The position numbers and the translations under genes were made by a program. DNA of 64,000 bases, from NCBI GenBank assembly GCA_028023455.1, contig JAQFVV010000006.1, forward strand, positions 7,440,001-7,504,000, written 5' to 3'. The stretch comes from Epiperipatus broadwayi. Lineage: Eukaryota > Animalia > Onychophora. A model generated the notes under the pieces. The model searched no databases and was not told the origin of the DNA. It saw only the letters and a list, made by a program, of their open reading frames with translations. Positions within the stretch are counted from its first letter, which is position 1. Each line of letters opens with the position of its first letter. Shown in pieces: positions 62,861 to 64,000 of this stretch.

Positions 62861-64000
62861 ATATTTGGATACATATACTATCCTTAGAATTACAAGGGAT
62901 AAACACAGAACTTGATAACTACATAGAGAAACAGTTCTAACCTAGTTTATATAGGTTATTAGTTTTTCTTTAATTTAAACACTTTTGTCAAATCTATTAT
63001 ATTATTTGTAATTATTTTAAAATATGACTTTTAATAATTTATTCTAAAATTTGAATATTACCAATTATTATTACTTTTAATACTTTAAGATATTACTTTT
63101 ATATGCCTTTTTTTTCAAACTTTTGCACTCCTATATTTATTAGCTATTCTCACAACACTGAAAACCAGCTCATCGCAATGTAAAAGATCACATGGCTGAT
63201 CACGAAGTGAATAAGAAATTATGCATTTCAAAATAAATACAGATCTTATGAGAAATGCAAATATATAAGATCATAATCCAGTATGCATCCATGTACCTGA
63301 GAAAGCCATTCTCAAATAGATTGATCAGAAGTTTGTTGCAAATTTGAGAGGGCAAAAAAGAGAAAAAAACAATTATTGCTCAAATCTTATCCAAGTGCTT
63401 AGAAAACCTACTGCCTGATTTTTAAAGTGGGGAATAATTTACACCTGATGTATTTATGATGTTTTCAGATACTGTTATGATATAGAACACACATTATATA
63501 GGACAGGGAAAATTTATTTTTATTTCAGTCATTAAAATTAAATAATTGATTCTCTAAATATTCAATTAATGATTAAGCATTAATAGGGTTTAAGCCATTC
63601 GTTCTCACATTTATATCAAGTTTATATGCCTTTGATATGGATATGGCCTGACTTTTTTAGTTAAATGTTTACTTACAATCTTATACATTTATACTTGATT
63701 ATACATTACAATTTATGTTTCTTATTGGTTACAACTTATAACAAATATTCATCATACATATTTGTAAATAATAACATATATACTTGTCTACATATAAAAT
63801 AGAAATTAGTATAACACAACAATAACAAATTTTTCCAAAAATTCTTACAAAACCATGGTTTCATCTATTAATAAATTGACCTTCTCATATAGATGAAACC
63901 ATGGTTAGAATTTTAATAACATTTTGTTGCTTTGGCTAACATTGTTGTATTGTATAAATTTTTATTTTATTTTTAATTGTGTTAGGCAGCATTTAATTTT

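Overview
AT-rich metazoan (probably invertebrate) genomic DNA. It is mostly the large introns of a minus-strand gene whose five recognisable small exons resemble the mid-region of BLTP2/KIAA0100/hobbit. The introns hold a full-length but decayed L1/Tx1-type LINE with a 14-bp TSD, a truncated relative of it, a non-autonomous Helitron, two solo LTRs, RTE/L2-type RT fragments, tRNA-derived SINEs and MITEs. The most striking feature is a set of non-coding elements that carry type I hammerhead ribozyme (HHR) motifs. I count 25 full-length HHR or HHR-remnant motifs in 7 sequence types across about a dozen loci. These loci share one architecture: two arms in divergent orientation with both 3' ends pointing outward; one arm about 45-60 nt longer than the other; a circularly permuted 418-490 nt monomer; and a 13-14 bp target-site duplication. 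This resembles Penelope-like pLTR/retrozyme biology, but no Penelope ORF is visible in the window. All alignments and counts were done by eye, so coordinates may be off by a few bases and nothing was database-searched.
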